Shown here piece by piece: positions 15,886-23,725 of a stretch of DNA of 39,186 bases. The stretch is taken from contig CAADUD010000150.1 of NCBI GenBank assembly GCA_900752095.1, positions 1 through 39,186 of the forward strand, in the 5' to 3' direction. Within the stretch, counting starts at the first letter, position 1. The number at the start of each line of letters is the position of its first letter. This stretch comes from Clostridia bacterium (lineage in GTDB: Bacteria > Bacillota > Clostridia > TANB77 > CAG-508). The notes under the pieces were generated by a model. The model was given only the letters and a program-made list of their open reading frames with translations. It did not search any database and was not told the DNA's origin. A program made the position numbers and the translations under genes.

Positions 15886-15954
15886 AGTTTGAAAGAAAAT
15901 AATTTCTTAACTATGTGTTTCTTGAAACAAGACAAGAAGGGAATGAAATTTTTT

Positions 15955-17269
15955 ATGAAAATAGAAAAATTTAGGAAAAAGAATTTCTATGCCAATAAAG
16001 CAAAATTTAACAAAAAAGCAATTTTTTTGAATAGCAAAAGTAGAATTGTTAAAATTAGTGTTTTGTTATTTCTTTTATTTTACATTACTGTCACTTCTAT
16101 TAGCTATGCAAATTTAGAAGATAATGAAATAATAAATTTAGAAACCATAAAAAACGAAACAATTCCCACAGTAGCACATGCAACAGAGGAGCCAGATTTA
16201 AATGCTAAAATAGGACTAATTTTTGACAGGAGTTCTAAAACTATTTTATATGAAAAAAATGGATTGAAACAAGTTCCTATGGCTAGTACAACAAAAATTA
16301 TGACGAGTATTATTGTGCTTGAAAATGCCAATTTAAGTGATGTAGTAACCATTGAAAAAAAGGCAGCAGGAACAGGAGGATCTAGATTAGGATTACATAT
16401 TAATGACAAAATTACAGTACATGATTTATTGTATGGTTTATTATTAAGATCAGGTAATGATGCAGCAGTCGCTTTAGCTATTCATGTACGGTGGAAGTGT
16501 AGAAGGTTTTGCTAAAATGATGAATGATAAGGCAGCAGAAATGGGGTTGGTAAACAGTCATTTTGTAACACCACATGGATTAGACGAAAAAGAGCATTAT
16601 ACAACAGCTTATGAACTTGCTTGTATGGCAGATTATGCACTAGAAATTCCAAAATTTAAAGAGATTGTAGGAAACAAAACTTATAATATTACTATTAATG
16701 GAAGTTCACGTATTATAACTAATACGAACGAATTATTAGGAAATTTATCGGGTGTATATGGAATAAAAACAGGTTTTACCAATGGAGCTGGTAGATGTCT
16801 AGTAACTGCTTGTAAAAAGGAAGATTTAGATATTATTACAGTAGTTTTAGGAGCAGATACCAAAAAAATTAGGACACAAGATAGCATAAAATTAATAGAA
16901 TACGCATATAACAATTATCAGATAGTAGATTTAGAAAAAATAGTGAAAGAACAATTTGAAAAATGGAAACAATTAAATGAAAAACGCATATATATCAATA
17001 AAGGAAAAATAAATACCATTGAATTAGAAATGGAAAAATTAGAATTTTCAAAAATGGCAATTAAAAAGGTTCAAAAAGATAATATTCAAATAGAAATAAA
17101 TTGCATTTATTCTTTGGAAGCACCAGTAGAAAAGAATAAAATAATTGGAAATGTAAAAGTTGGATTAGAAGGAGAAAATATAGAAATTTTAAATATTTTA
17201 GTAAAGGAAAATGTGGAGAAAAAAGAAATAAAAGATTATTTACTAGATTTTTTGAGCTTAGTACCTTGA
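15955..17269 (+). pseudogene. Serine-type D-Ala-D-Ala carboxypeptidase (PBP5/DacF/DacB-like, peptidase S11) interrupted by a +1 frameshift near 16489
   Basis: Motifs are SxxK (MASTTKIM) and SGN (RSGNDAA) in fragment 15955-16515, and KTG (IKTGFT) in fragment 16484-17269. The frames join as ...ALAIHV|GGSVEGFAKMMN if C16489 is removed. An alternative start is 15943. Confidence 0.8.
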
Positions 17270-17333
17270 CTTTTGTAAAAAAATTTGCTATGATAATAAT
17301 GCTTTAGAATTCAAAAGAATTAAAAAAGCATTT

Positions 17334-17409
17334 GCGGAAATAGCTCAGTTGATAGAGCGCTGCCTTGCCAAGGCAGAGGTCGCGGGTTTGAGCCCCGTTT
17401 TCCGCTCCA
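17334..17409 (+). tRNA. tRNA-Gly (anticodon GCC)
   Basis: 76 nt with encoded CCA. Acceptor GCGGAAA/TTTCCGC, D stem GCTC/GAGC, anticodon stem CTGCC/GGCAG with loop TTGCCAA, T stem GCGGG/CCCGT. Confidence 0.92.
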
Positions 17410-17462
17410 TATTTTTTTATAAAAACAGTTTTTTTAAAACTAATTTATTATAATAAACATTT

Positions 17463-17536
17463 GGCGCTATAGCCAAGTGGTAAGGCACGAGTCTGCAAAA
17501 CTCTGATCCCCGGTTCAAATCCGGGTGGCGCCTCCA
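17463..17536 (+). tRNA. tRNA-Cys (anticodon GCA)
   Basis: 74 nt with encoded CCA. Acceptor GGCGCTA/TGGCGCC, 3-bp D stem, anticodon loop CTGCAAA, T arm CCCGG-TTCAAAT-CCGGG. Confidence 0.9.
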
Positions 17537-17586
17537 AATGTAGTAAAGTTTGCAGTTTTTATTTTAAAATAAAAATAGCAAAAATA

Positions 17587-17621
17587 AAAAGCAATGAATT
17601 TTTATAAAATTCATTGCTTTT
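17587..17621. terminator. Bidirectional hairpin terminator between the tRNA pair (+) and the small ORF/sigma genes (-)
   Basis: AAAAGCAATGAATTT pairs perfectly with AAATTCATTGCTTTT, loop TTATA. A/T runs lie on both sides. Confidence 0.7.
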
Positions 17622-17718
17622 CCCTTGGTAAGTTTTACACTTATACTTTACTAACTAATATATTAGCTATTATATTATAGGTAGAAGATTAATATTATAA
17701 GTATATAATTCTATAAAA

Positions 17719-17874
17719 TTAGTAGTTGTATAACGTATCTTCAATTACTTCGGCAACATTTGCTACATTTTCACAATCAGATTCTACCAAAAAACACATA
17801 AATTTATCTGCATTTTTATAAACAGAAACAGTAATTGTACCACATTTTTCAGCTGTAACTTTGTTAGACCTCAT
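17719..17874 (-). CDS. 51-aa hypothetical protein with three Cys residues
   Basis: MRSNKVTAEKCGTITVSVYKNADKFMCFLVESDCENVANVAEVIEDTLYNY. SD AAAAGGGGTG sits 6 nt before ATG 17874; the longer ORF-track form has no SD. It has its own promoter carrying Spo0A boxes. Confidence 0.5.
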   Translation of the reverse strand: MRSNKVTAEKCGTITVSVYKNADKFMCFLVESDCENVANVAEVIEDTLYNY

Positions 17875-17917
17875 TTTTTGCACCCCTTTTCTTTTGTAAC
17901 TAGATAAAACTAAGAAT

Positions 17918-17959
17918 ATCATATAAGCAAGAAAATGTTTGTCGAAATTTGTTGTCGAA
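17918..17959 (-). promoter_or_regulatory. Putative promoter with two perfect Spo0A boxes, upstream of the 51-aa ORF
   Basis: The + strand carries TGTCGAA at 17940-17946 and 17953-17959, 13 bp apart. On the - strand the proximal box gives -35 TCGACA, then a 16-nt spacer and -10 TATGAT (17923-17918). Confidence 0.45.
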
Positions 17960-17977
17960 TGCAAAAAAGTAAAAAAA

Positions 17978-19345
17978 TTAGCTAGCAATTACTATATAGT
18001 TTCCATAAGAAGTAGATTTAATTAAATTTTCCTTTTTCATTTGTCGAATTACTAAAATAATAGATTGGTAATGAATATCAGAAAAATGCTTTTGAATATC
18101 AGAAGAACTAAATTCTTGCAAAGTTAAAATATATTCTCTGATTTTTTGTTTCTTGCTAGTGGAATTTTCTTTTAAAGTATCTTGCAAATTATTTTCAATA
18201 TTATTAACTTGATCATTATGTGGTTTATAAGAAGAGTTCTTAGAATAAACACCTTTTTCAATTGCATAAATATTTTTCTTCTTTTTTTCTCTTCCTAATA
18301 AATCTGAGATAGAATGATAAGGTACATCTGGAAATTGCTTAACTAAATCTTTTATACTAAAAGAATTTTGGCTTTGCATATATTTTCTGATTTCATTTAA
18401 TTTCCTTTTGCGCTCAGGAATCGAAATAACAGATGGCAATCTTTGAGCAGTAGGAGAAGATTCAGTGTTTACTATTGGTAAAATATTACTAGAGTTTTCT
18501 AAAATTTTTTCTGGGAAAGAAGGTTTAAATCCAGCAACATGTTGCATTGAAAAGGTTTCAATCTGTTCCATTAAAAGACCAATAAGTACAAAAGAAGAAG
18601 GTTCTGCAGGTAGGGTTAATAAAACTTGCTCCTTTGTGCAATTTAAACGAAAAGAAGGTAAATGATTTATTTTTTCCTCGTTTGATATATCATATAAAAA
18701 TTTAGCGAAAATTTGATTAAATTTAGCAATATCTTTTGTAGCAAAGGTTAATTTATAAGTTTTTTCTTGTATTTCCATATGAAATACCTCCTTATTATCT
18801 TGATTGGTTTCTTTTAATTTTTTAGCTGCCATTTGGCGAAAGTCAACAATTCTAGAAGTGGATCTTTGTAAATGTTTAGCGATAACCAAATCCGTACATC
18901 CTGCTAATTTATATAAAAAAGTAGCTTTCGTTCTACCAGATAAACAGTTTATTCCATTATTTATCAAAGTTTGAAAAAAGTTTCTGTATTCAACAGCCTT
19001 TTCAAAATTAGAAGTTTCGTCTACTAAAAAATCTTCTATGTTAATTTTATCTTCTTCTTTGTACGAGGAAGTACTTAAAGAGAAAACAACTTTATTGTCT
19101 GGAAATATAGTAGGGAAAAAGTAATTGTTTAAATGATTTCGGATAACCTTATATGCAAAAGTGGAAAAACGAAAACCTAAATGTTTGTTAAAATAATAAA
19201 CAGCTTGCATTAATGCTAAATTTCCTTCTGAAATGGCATCATCATAATAATCTAAAGGAATTTTCATTCTTCTTAAAACAAAAGGAACTAAATTCATATT
19301 TTCTTCTACCATTTTTGCTTGTTGCTTATTTAACCTAAAATCCAT
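17978..19345 (-). CDS. Sigma-70 family sigma factor (regions 2 and 4, aa 1-180) fused to a 266-aa extension ending in two winged-helix-like repeats
   Basis: Region 2: DDAISEGNLALMQAVYYFNKHLGFRFSTFAYKVIRNHL. Region 4: GRTKATFLYKLAGCTDLVIAKHLQRSTSRIVDFRQMAAKKL. Repeats at aa 316-367 and 399-452 share IR.Y....F...D.....D..Y.SI......KK.N.....G.Y. An internal SD AAGGAGG sits 8 nt before in-frame ATG M190 (18778). Confidence 0.75.
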   Translation of the reverse strand: MDFRLNKQQAKMVEENMNLVPFVLRRMKIPLDYYDDAISEGNLALMQAVYYFNKHLGFRFSTFAYKVIRNHLNNYFFPTIFPDNKVVFSLSTSSYKEEDKINIEDFLVDETSNFEKAVEYRNFFQTLINNGINCLSGRTKATFLYKLAGCTDLVIAKHLQRSTSRIVDFRQMAAKKLKETNQDNKEVFHMEIQEKTYKLTFATKDIAKFNQIFAKFLYDISNEEKINHLPSFRLNCTKEQVLLTLPAEPSSFVLIGLLMEQIETFSMQHVAGFKPSFPEKILENSSNILPIVNTESSPTAQRLPSVISIPERKRKLNEIRKYMQSQNSFSIKDLVKQFPDVPYHSISDLLGREKKKKNIYAIEKGVYSKNSSYKPHNDQVNNIENNLQDTLKENSTSKKQKIREYILTLQEFSSSDIQKHFSDIHYQSIILVIRQMKKENLIKSTSYGNYIVIAS

Positions 19346-19554
19346 ATAAATTCTCCACTTTTTTTATAATTGAAATAATAGAATGTTACTATAAGTAATA
19401 TCAATTTATTATTTTTAATAAGTAGATATAAAATAATCCTAAAAAAATTTGTCTAACTTTGTCATATTTTATCATGAGATTCTATTTTATGCAATCATTA
19501 CAGAAAAAAATCCTAGGGAAAATAGTAAATGTAGGCATTTTCAACTAAAAAACA

Positions 19555-19583
19555 TTGAAAATATGACAAAAATGTAATATAAT
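19555..19583 (+). promoter_or_regulatory. Distal sigma-A-type promoter (P1) of the adhesin gene
   Basis: TTGAAA (19555-19560), 17-nt spacer, TATAAT (19578-19583). The -10 element is embedded in the TGTAATATA repeat pair. Confidence 0.55.
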
Positions 19584-19592
19584 TGTAATATA
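19573..19592. repeat. Two TGTAATATA units spaced 11 bp apart (reverse complement of the ATATTACA pair at 1327-1345)
   Basis: Read directly: TGTAATATAAT|TGTAATATAGG. Confidence 0.8.
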
Positions 19593-19687
19593 GGCTTATT
19601 AAAAAAAGTAAAAACGGAGAAAACCAATATCCGTAAGATGACCAAAAGGACAAAAGAAAAACTTGGAAAAACAGTTAAATACTACTA

Positions 19688-19716
19688 TTGACACATATAA
19701 AAAACAAAAGTAAAAT
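19688..19716 (+). promoter_or_regulatory. Proximal sigma-A-type promoter (P2) of the adhesin gene
   Basis: TTGACA (19688-19693), 17-nt spacer, TAAAAT (19711-19716). SD GAAAAAGGAAGG lies before ATG 19756. Confidence 0.55.
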
Positions 19717-19755
19717 AGAATTAATAGTAATAGGTGAAAAAGGAAGGTAAAGAAA

Positions 19756-22700
19756 ATGAAACTAAAAAAGGGAATTCTATTTACAGTGATTTTATTTTTA
19801 GCCATAGCAATACTTAGTGTATTTAGTCAAGTAAAGGCAGCCACGGGAAGCCTTTATTTAAATTTAAAAATGATTAGAAATAAAGAAGATGGTTATGGCT
19901 ATCAATTAGGAAATAGCAGAAGAAATATATGGAAAATCTATGAAACAGGAAGCTTAGCAGATGATACTATTTATTGTTTAAAAGGAGGCCCTGGCTTTGG
20001 AAATGATGACTTTGCCACAGGTTCTCCACAAGAAACAGAGTATACCAGGTATTTTGATTTGAGAGTTCCAGAAGATATTCCAGTTACTTATCAAAGAGCT
20101 TTGCCAGGTATAAACAGTGACGAATATGAAGCTTTAATGTGGATTTTAGACCATATTTATGTTCTTCCAAAGAAGAATGCTACTTTAGAAGAACAACAAG
20201 CAGCTGAAAAAAATAAGCAAATGTTATTAGAAGCTGCGGCAAAATATGCAGATGAAACTGGTAACCCTGATGTTTCTAGTGTTTACGATTTCGAATACTT
20301 AACAGATGAAGATATAGATGCAGTACAGCAATTGGCAGTATGGTATTATACTAACCCTGACAGTGATGATCCATATCATGTAAATACTTTTGAATTTTAT
20401 TTAAATTCAGTACCAAATGTAGAAGGAAATTATAAACCACTAAGTGATGACTTGACTTTTCAAGATGGAAATGCAAGAGCGCTAGCTTGTCAAGCACTAT
20501 TTGATTATTTAGTACAAACACCTAGGCAGCCAGAGTTTAATTACGATTACCAAAATCAAAATTCTAGACAAGCACCTGTAAAAATTGTAAATACTAATAT
20601 TGAAATTCAAACGATAGATAATAGATTAGTAATAGGGCCATATAGAATAGATGAGATTAGAGATATAGACTATACATTAGAAGCAAAATTTTTGGATGGA
20701 AATAATCAAGAAATTTCAGATGTTACTCTTTTAAATAGTGCACAATCAACCTTACCAGAAGATACAACAATTCAAGAGCTAGTAGGCCAAAATTTTTACA
20801 TTTCAATACCTACAACAACTAATACTAATAATATAGAATTTCAAATTAATGGATCTTTCTTCATTACTACTACAACCTATTGGTCTGTGGCAAATCCTAG
20901 TAATCAAGATCAACCAGTGGTTATTGTAGAAAAAGAAGAAGTGACTTTTAAGGATAGTATTAATAAAGGAGAAATACCTGAAGAAACTTTTGACTTGAGT
21001 TTAAGGAAATTTATTGTTTCTATTGCTGGAAAAGCACCAGAAGTAAATAGAACACCACAAATTTCAAATGATGAATTAACTAAATTAAAAAACGGAATTA
21101 CTACTACTGCAAATAAAGTTCATCCAAAAGATGCTTTACTAGTAAAAACTGGCGATACTGTAATATATACTATTAGGGTATATAATGAAGGTGATATTGA
21201 TGGTTACGCTACAGAAATAACAGATTATTTACCAACAGGCTTAACTTTCTTACCAGACAGTGAAATTAATAAACAATATGGTTGGTCAAATCCATCAGGT
21301 GATGGAAAAACAATTGTAACTAACTATTTGCAAAATACTTTATTAAAAGCGTTTGATGGAACTACCTTAGATTATAAAGATTTACAAATTGAATGTAAAG
21401 TTACAGCTACAGTAGGAAATGCAGATCAATCGTTAAAAAATATAGCAGAGATCACAGCTCATAAAGACAAAGATGGTAATACAGATGTAAAAGACAGAGA
21501 TTCTACACCAGATAATGTAGATTTAGGTCATTATGGAAATACTAGCCAAGAAGATGATGATGATTTCGAACATTTAATATTATTAGGACAATATTTTGAT
21601 TTATCATTAAGAAAATTTATTACTTCAGTAAGTGATGGAGTAAATGTAACAAATTACAACAGAGCACCAATAGTTGATGTAACGCCTTTAAAGAATGGAA
21701 CTTCAACTACCGCAATTTATAAACACCCTAAAACACCAGTAAGTGTTTCAAATGGTAATGAAGTAATTTATACTATCCGTGTATATAATGAGGGACAATT
21801 AGATGGTTATGTAACAGAAATTACAGATCATCTACCAGAACAACTTGAATTTATTGTAGATGATGAATTAAATGCAAAATATGGTTGGACAGTATCTGCA
21901 GACGGAAGAACAATAACTACAGATATTACTTCACCGGACACTACTCATATGGCAAGTAGAGATGAAATTTATGCCAATAGAACAACCAATACAGATAAAG
22001 TATTATTAAAAGCATTTAATGGTGAAGTTCTAGATTACATAGATGTACAAATTAAATGTAAAGTAAAAGATAATATTGACTTATATGAAAAAATAACAAA
22101 TATTGCAGAAATATCAGACTTTACAGATAGTGAAGGAGCAGATATTACAGATAGAGATTCTCAAGAAGATAATGTAACACTTCCTACAGATGAAAGTCTA
22201 CCTACCTATAAAGATGACGAAATCGAAAGTGGAAAAGAGTATATTCCAGGACAACAAGATGATGATGACTTCGAAAAATTAATTTTAAGAAGGTTTGACT
22301 TAAGCCTAAGAAAATTTGTTACAGGAGTTAACGACAAAGAAATTACAGACAGAGTACCAGTATTTAATAAAATTAGTGATACAGAATATGAATATGTTCA
22401 TCCAAAAGATCCTGTACAAGTTGCAAATGGAAATATTGTTATTTATACTTTAAGAATCTTTAATGAAGGAAATGTAGCAGGATATGCATCAGAAGTAAAA
22501 GATGATTTACCAGAAGGATTAGAATTCTTGCCAGATCATGCAATTAATACAGCATTTGAATGGAAAATGTATACAGCAGATGGAACAGAAACAACAAATG
22601 TAGAAGAGGCAGAATATATTAAAACAAATTATTTGTCAAAAGAAAATGAAACAACACCAGGGGAGTTTTTAATAGATGCTTTTGATCCAGAGACCATGAC

Positions 22701-23511
22701 AATGCCAGACTATAAAGATTTGAAAATTGCATTTAAAGTAACAGAACCAAATACATCTGATAGAATTATTATCAATACTGCTGAAATTTCAGATGATTCC
22801 GATGAAGAAGGAAATCCAATTGATGATGTGGACTCTACACCGGATAATGATGCAGAGGGAGAAGACGACATCGACATTGAAAAAATTAAAGTATTATACT
22901 TTGATTTATCTTTAAAAAAATGGGTAACAGAATCTATTGTAACCTATAACGGAAAAACAACTGTAACGCAAACAGGACATACTGGTGACGAGAACCCAGA
23001 ACCACCAGCTAAAGTAGAAATTCGTGGAAGTAGAATTGATAAAACAACAGTTAAATTTAAATTTAAAATTAAAGTAACCAACGAAGGTGAAATTGCAGGT
23101 TATGTAAAGGAATTAATTGACTATGTTCCAGAAGGACTAAAATTTGTTGCAAAAGATAATCCATTATGGAGAGAAGAAGATGGAAAAGTACTAACAGATC
23201 AACTAAAAGATACTCTTCTAGAACCAGGAGAAAGTACAACAGTGGATATTATTCTAACTTGGATTAATAGCAAAGATAATTTAGGATTAAAAACTAACTG
23301 GGCAGAAATTTATGAAGATGACAATGAATATGATTCACCAGATATTGATTCAACTCCTGGAAATAATGTAAAAGGAGAAGATGATATTGATGACGCACCA
23401 GTAATTTTATCAGTAGTAACTGGTAGTGTACCTACTTATATTACTTTAGCATTAGCTTCTATTAGTATGGTAGCAGGTGGTGTAATTCTAATTAAAAAGT
23501 TTGTAATTTAA
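19756..23511 (+). CDS. Large surface adhesin: signal peptide, thioester-domain (TED)-like N-terminal region, four DUF11/Cna-B-like repeats and a C-terminal hydrophobic anchor
   Basis: Signal peptide ends at ...SQVKA. Cys motif TIYC74LKGG and Gln motif VQQ192LAVWYYT fit the thioester-adhesin pattern YC..../TQxA(I/V)W. Four roughly 170-230-aa repeats begin FDLSL(R/K)K(F/W) and end D.DSTP(D/G)N...(E/D)DD. The tail reads SVVTGSVPTYITLALASISMVAGGVILIKKFVI. Confidence 0.8.
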   Translation: MKLKKGILFTVILFLAIAILSVFSQVKAATGSLYLNLKMIRNKEDGYGYQLGNSRRNIWKIYETGSLADDTIYCLKGGPGFGNDDFATGSPQETEYTRYFDLRVPEDIPVTYQRALPGINSDEYEALMWILDHIYVLPKKNATLEEQQAAEKNKQMLLEAAAKYADETGNPDVSSVYDFEYLTDEDIDAVQQLAVWYYTNPDSDDPYHVNTFEFYLNSVPNVEGNYKPLSDDLTFQDGNARALACQALFDYLVQTPRQPEFNYDYQNQNSRQAPVKIVNTNIEIQTIDNRLVIGPYRIDEIRDIDYTLEAKFLDGNNQEISDVTLLNSAQSTLPEDTTIQELVGQNFYISIPTTTNTNNIEFQINGSFFITTTTYWSVANPSNQDQPVVIVEKEEVTFKDSINKGEIPEETFDLSLRKFIVSIAGKAPEVNRTPQISNDELTKLKNGITTTANKVHPKDALLVKTGDTVIYTIRVYNEGDIDGYATEITDYLPTGLTFLPDSEINKQYGWSNPSGDGKTIVTNYLQNTLLKAFDGTTLDYKDLQIECKVTATVGNADQSLKNIAEITAHKDKDGNTDVKDRDSTPDNVDLGHYGNTSQEDDDDFEHLILLGQYFDLSLRKFITSVSDGVNVTNYNRAPIVDVTPLKNGTSTTAIYKHPKTPVSVSNGNEVIYTIRVYNEGQLDGYVTEITDHLPEQLEFIVDDELNAKYGWTVSADGRTITTDITSPDTTHMASRDEIYANRTTNTDKVLLKAFNGEVLDYIDVQIKCKVKDNIDLYEKITNIAEISDFTDSEGADITDRDSQEDNVTLPTDESLPTYKDDEIESGKEYIPGQQDDDDFEKLILRRFDLSLRKFVTGVNDKEITDRVPVFNKISDTEYEYVHPKDPVQVANGNIVIYTLRIFNEGNVAGYASEVKDDLPEGLEFLPDHAINTAFEWKMYTADGTETTNVEEAEYIKTNYLSKENETTPGEFLIDAFDPETMTMPDYKDLKIAFKVTEPNTSDRIIINTAEISDDSDEEGNPIDDVDSTPDNDAEGEDDIDIEKIKVLYFDLSLKKWVTESIVTYNGKTTVTQTGHTGDENPEPPAKVEIRGSRIDKTTVKFKFKIKVTNEGEIAGYVKELIDYVPEGLKFVAKDNPLWREEDGKVLTDQLKDTLLEPGESTTVDIILTWINSKDNLGLKTNWAEIYEDDNEYDSPDIDSTPGNNVKGEDDIDDAPVILSVVTGSVPTYITLALASISMVAGGVILIKKFVI
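20989..23400 (+). repeat. Four tandem coding repeats (domain repeats) inside the adhesin gene
   Basis: Repeat starts (FDLSL.K) are at nt 20989, 21595, 22294 and 22900. The conserved core is V(I)YT(I/L)R(V/I)(Y/F)NEG...GY..E(I/V).D.LP.GL.F. Confidence 0.85.
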
Positions 23512-23540
23512 CTTTTAAGAAGTTAGTTTAATAGTAATAA

Positions 23541-23593
23541 AAATATAATGATTCAATAGCATATATTTAGTGCAAGAATCATTATATTTTTTT
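23541..23593 (+). terminator. Rho-independent terminator of the adhesin gene
   Basis: AAATATAATGATTC (23541-23554) pairs with GAATCATTATATTT (23576-23589), followed by a T run. Confidence 0.7.
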
Positions 23594-23658
23594 GTTTATA
23601 TTCCATAAGATAAGGTTAAATGTAAATTATGACATTCTAATTAATTTATTTTAAATTA

Positions 23659-23687
23659 TTTACTTTAAAAAAAGCTTATGATATAAT
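23659..23687 (+). promoter_or_regulatory. Sigma-A-type promoter of the Ig-like protein / GGDEF gene pair
   Basis: TTTACT (23659-23664), 17-nt spacer, extended -10 TGaTATAAT (23679-23687). Confidence 0.55.
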
Positions 23688-23725
23688 TTCTTTGTAAAAT
23701 ATAAACAAAAGAGAGGATTAAATGG

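Noticed and set aside
15877-15954. ORF-track start codons 15877, 1008, 3252, 29668 and 37767 (GTG or far-upstream Met).
   Set aside because: Each lies inside a terminator hairpin or an SD element, or lacks an SD site. Downstream ATG or GTG codons with properly spaced SD sequences were preferred: 15955 (or 15943), 1017, 3276, 29719 and 37788.
19597-19755. A c-di-GMP riboswitch or other leader RNA in the roughly 160-nt region between adhesin P1 and the start codon, considered because a GGDEF gene lies downstream.
   Set aside because: Only a weak 5-bp hairpin (ACGGA...TCCGT) is present. I could not recognise GEMM-type conserved cores. A second promoter (P2) inside the region explains it more simply.
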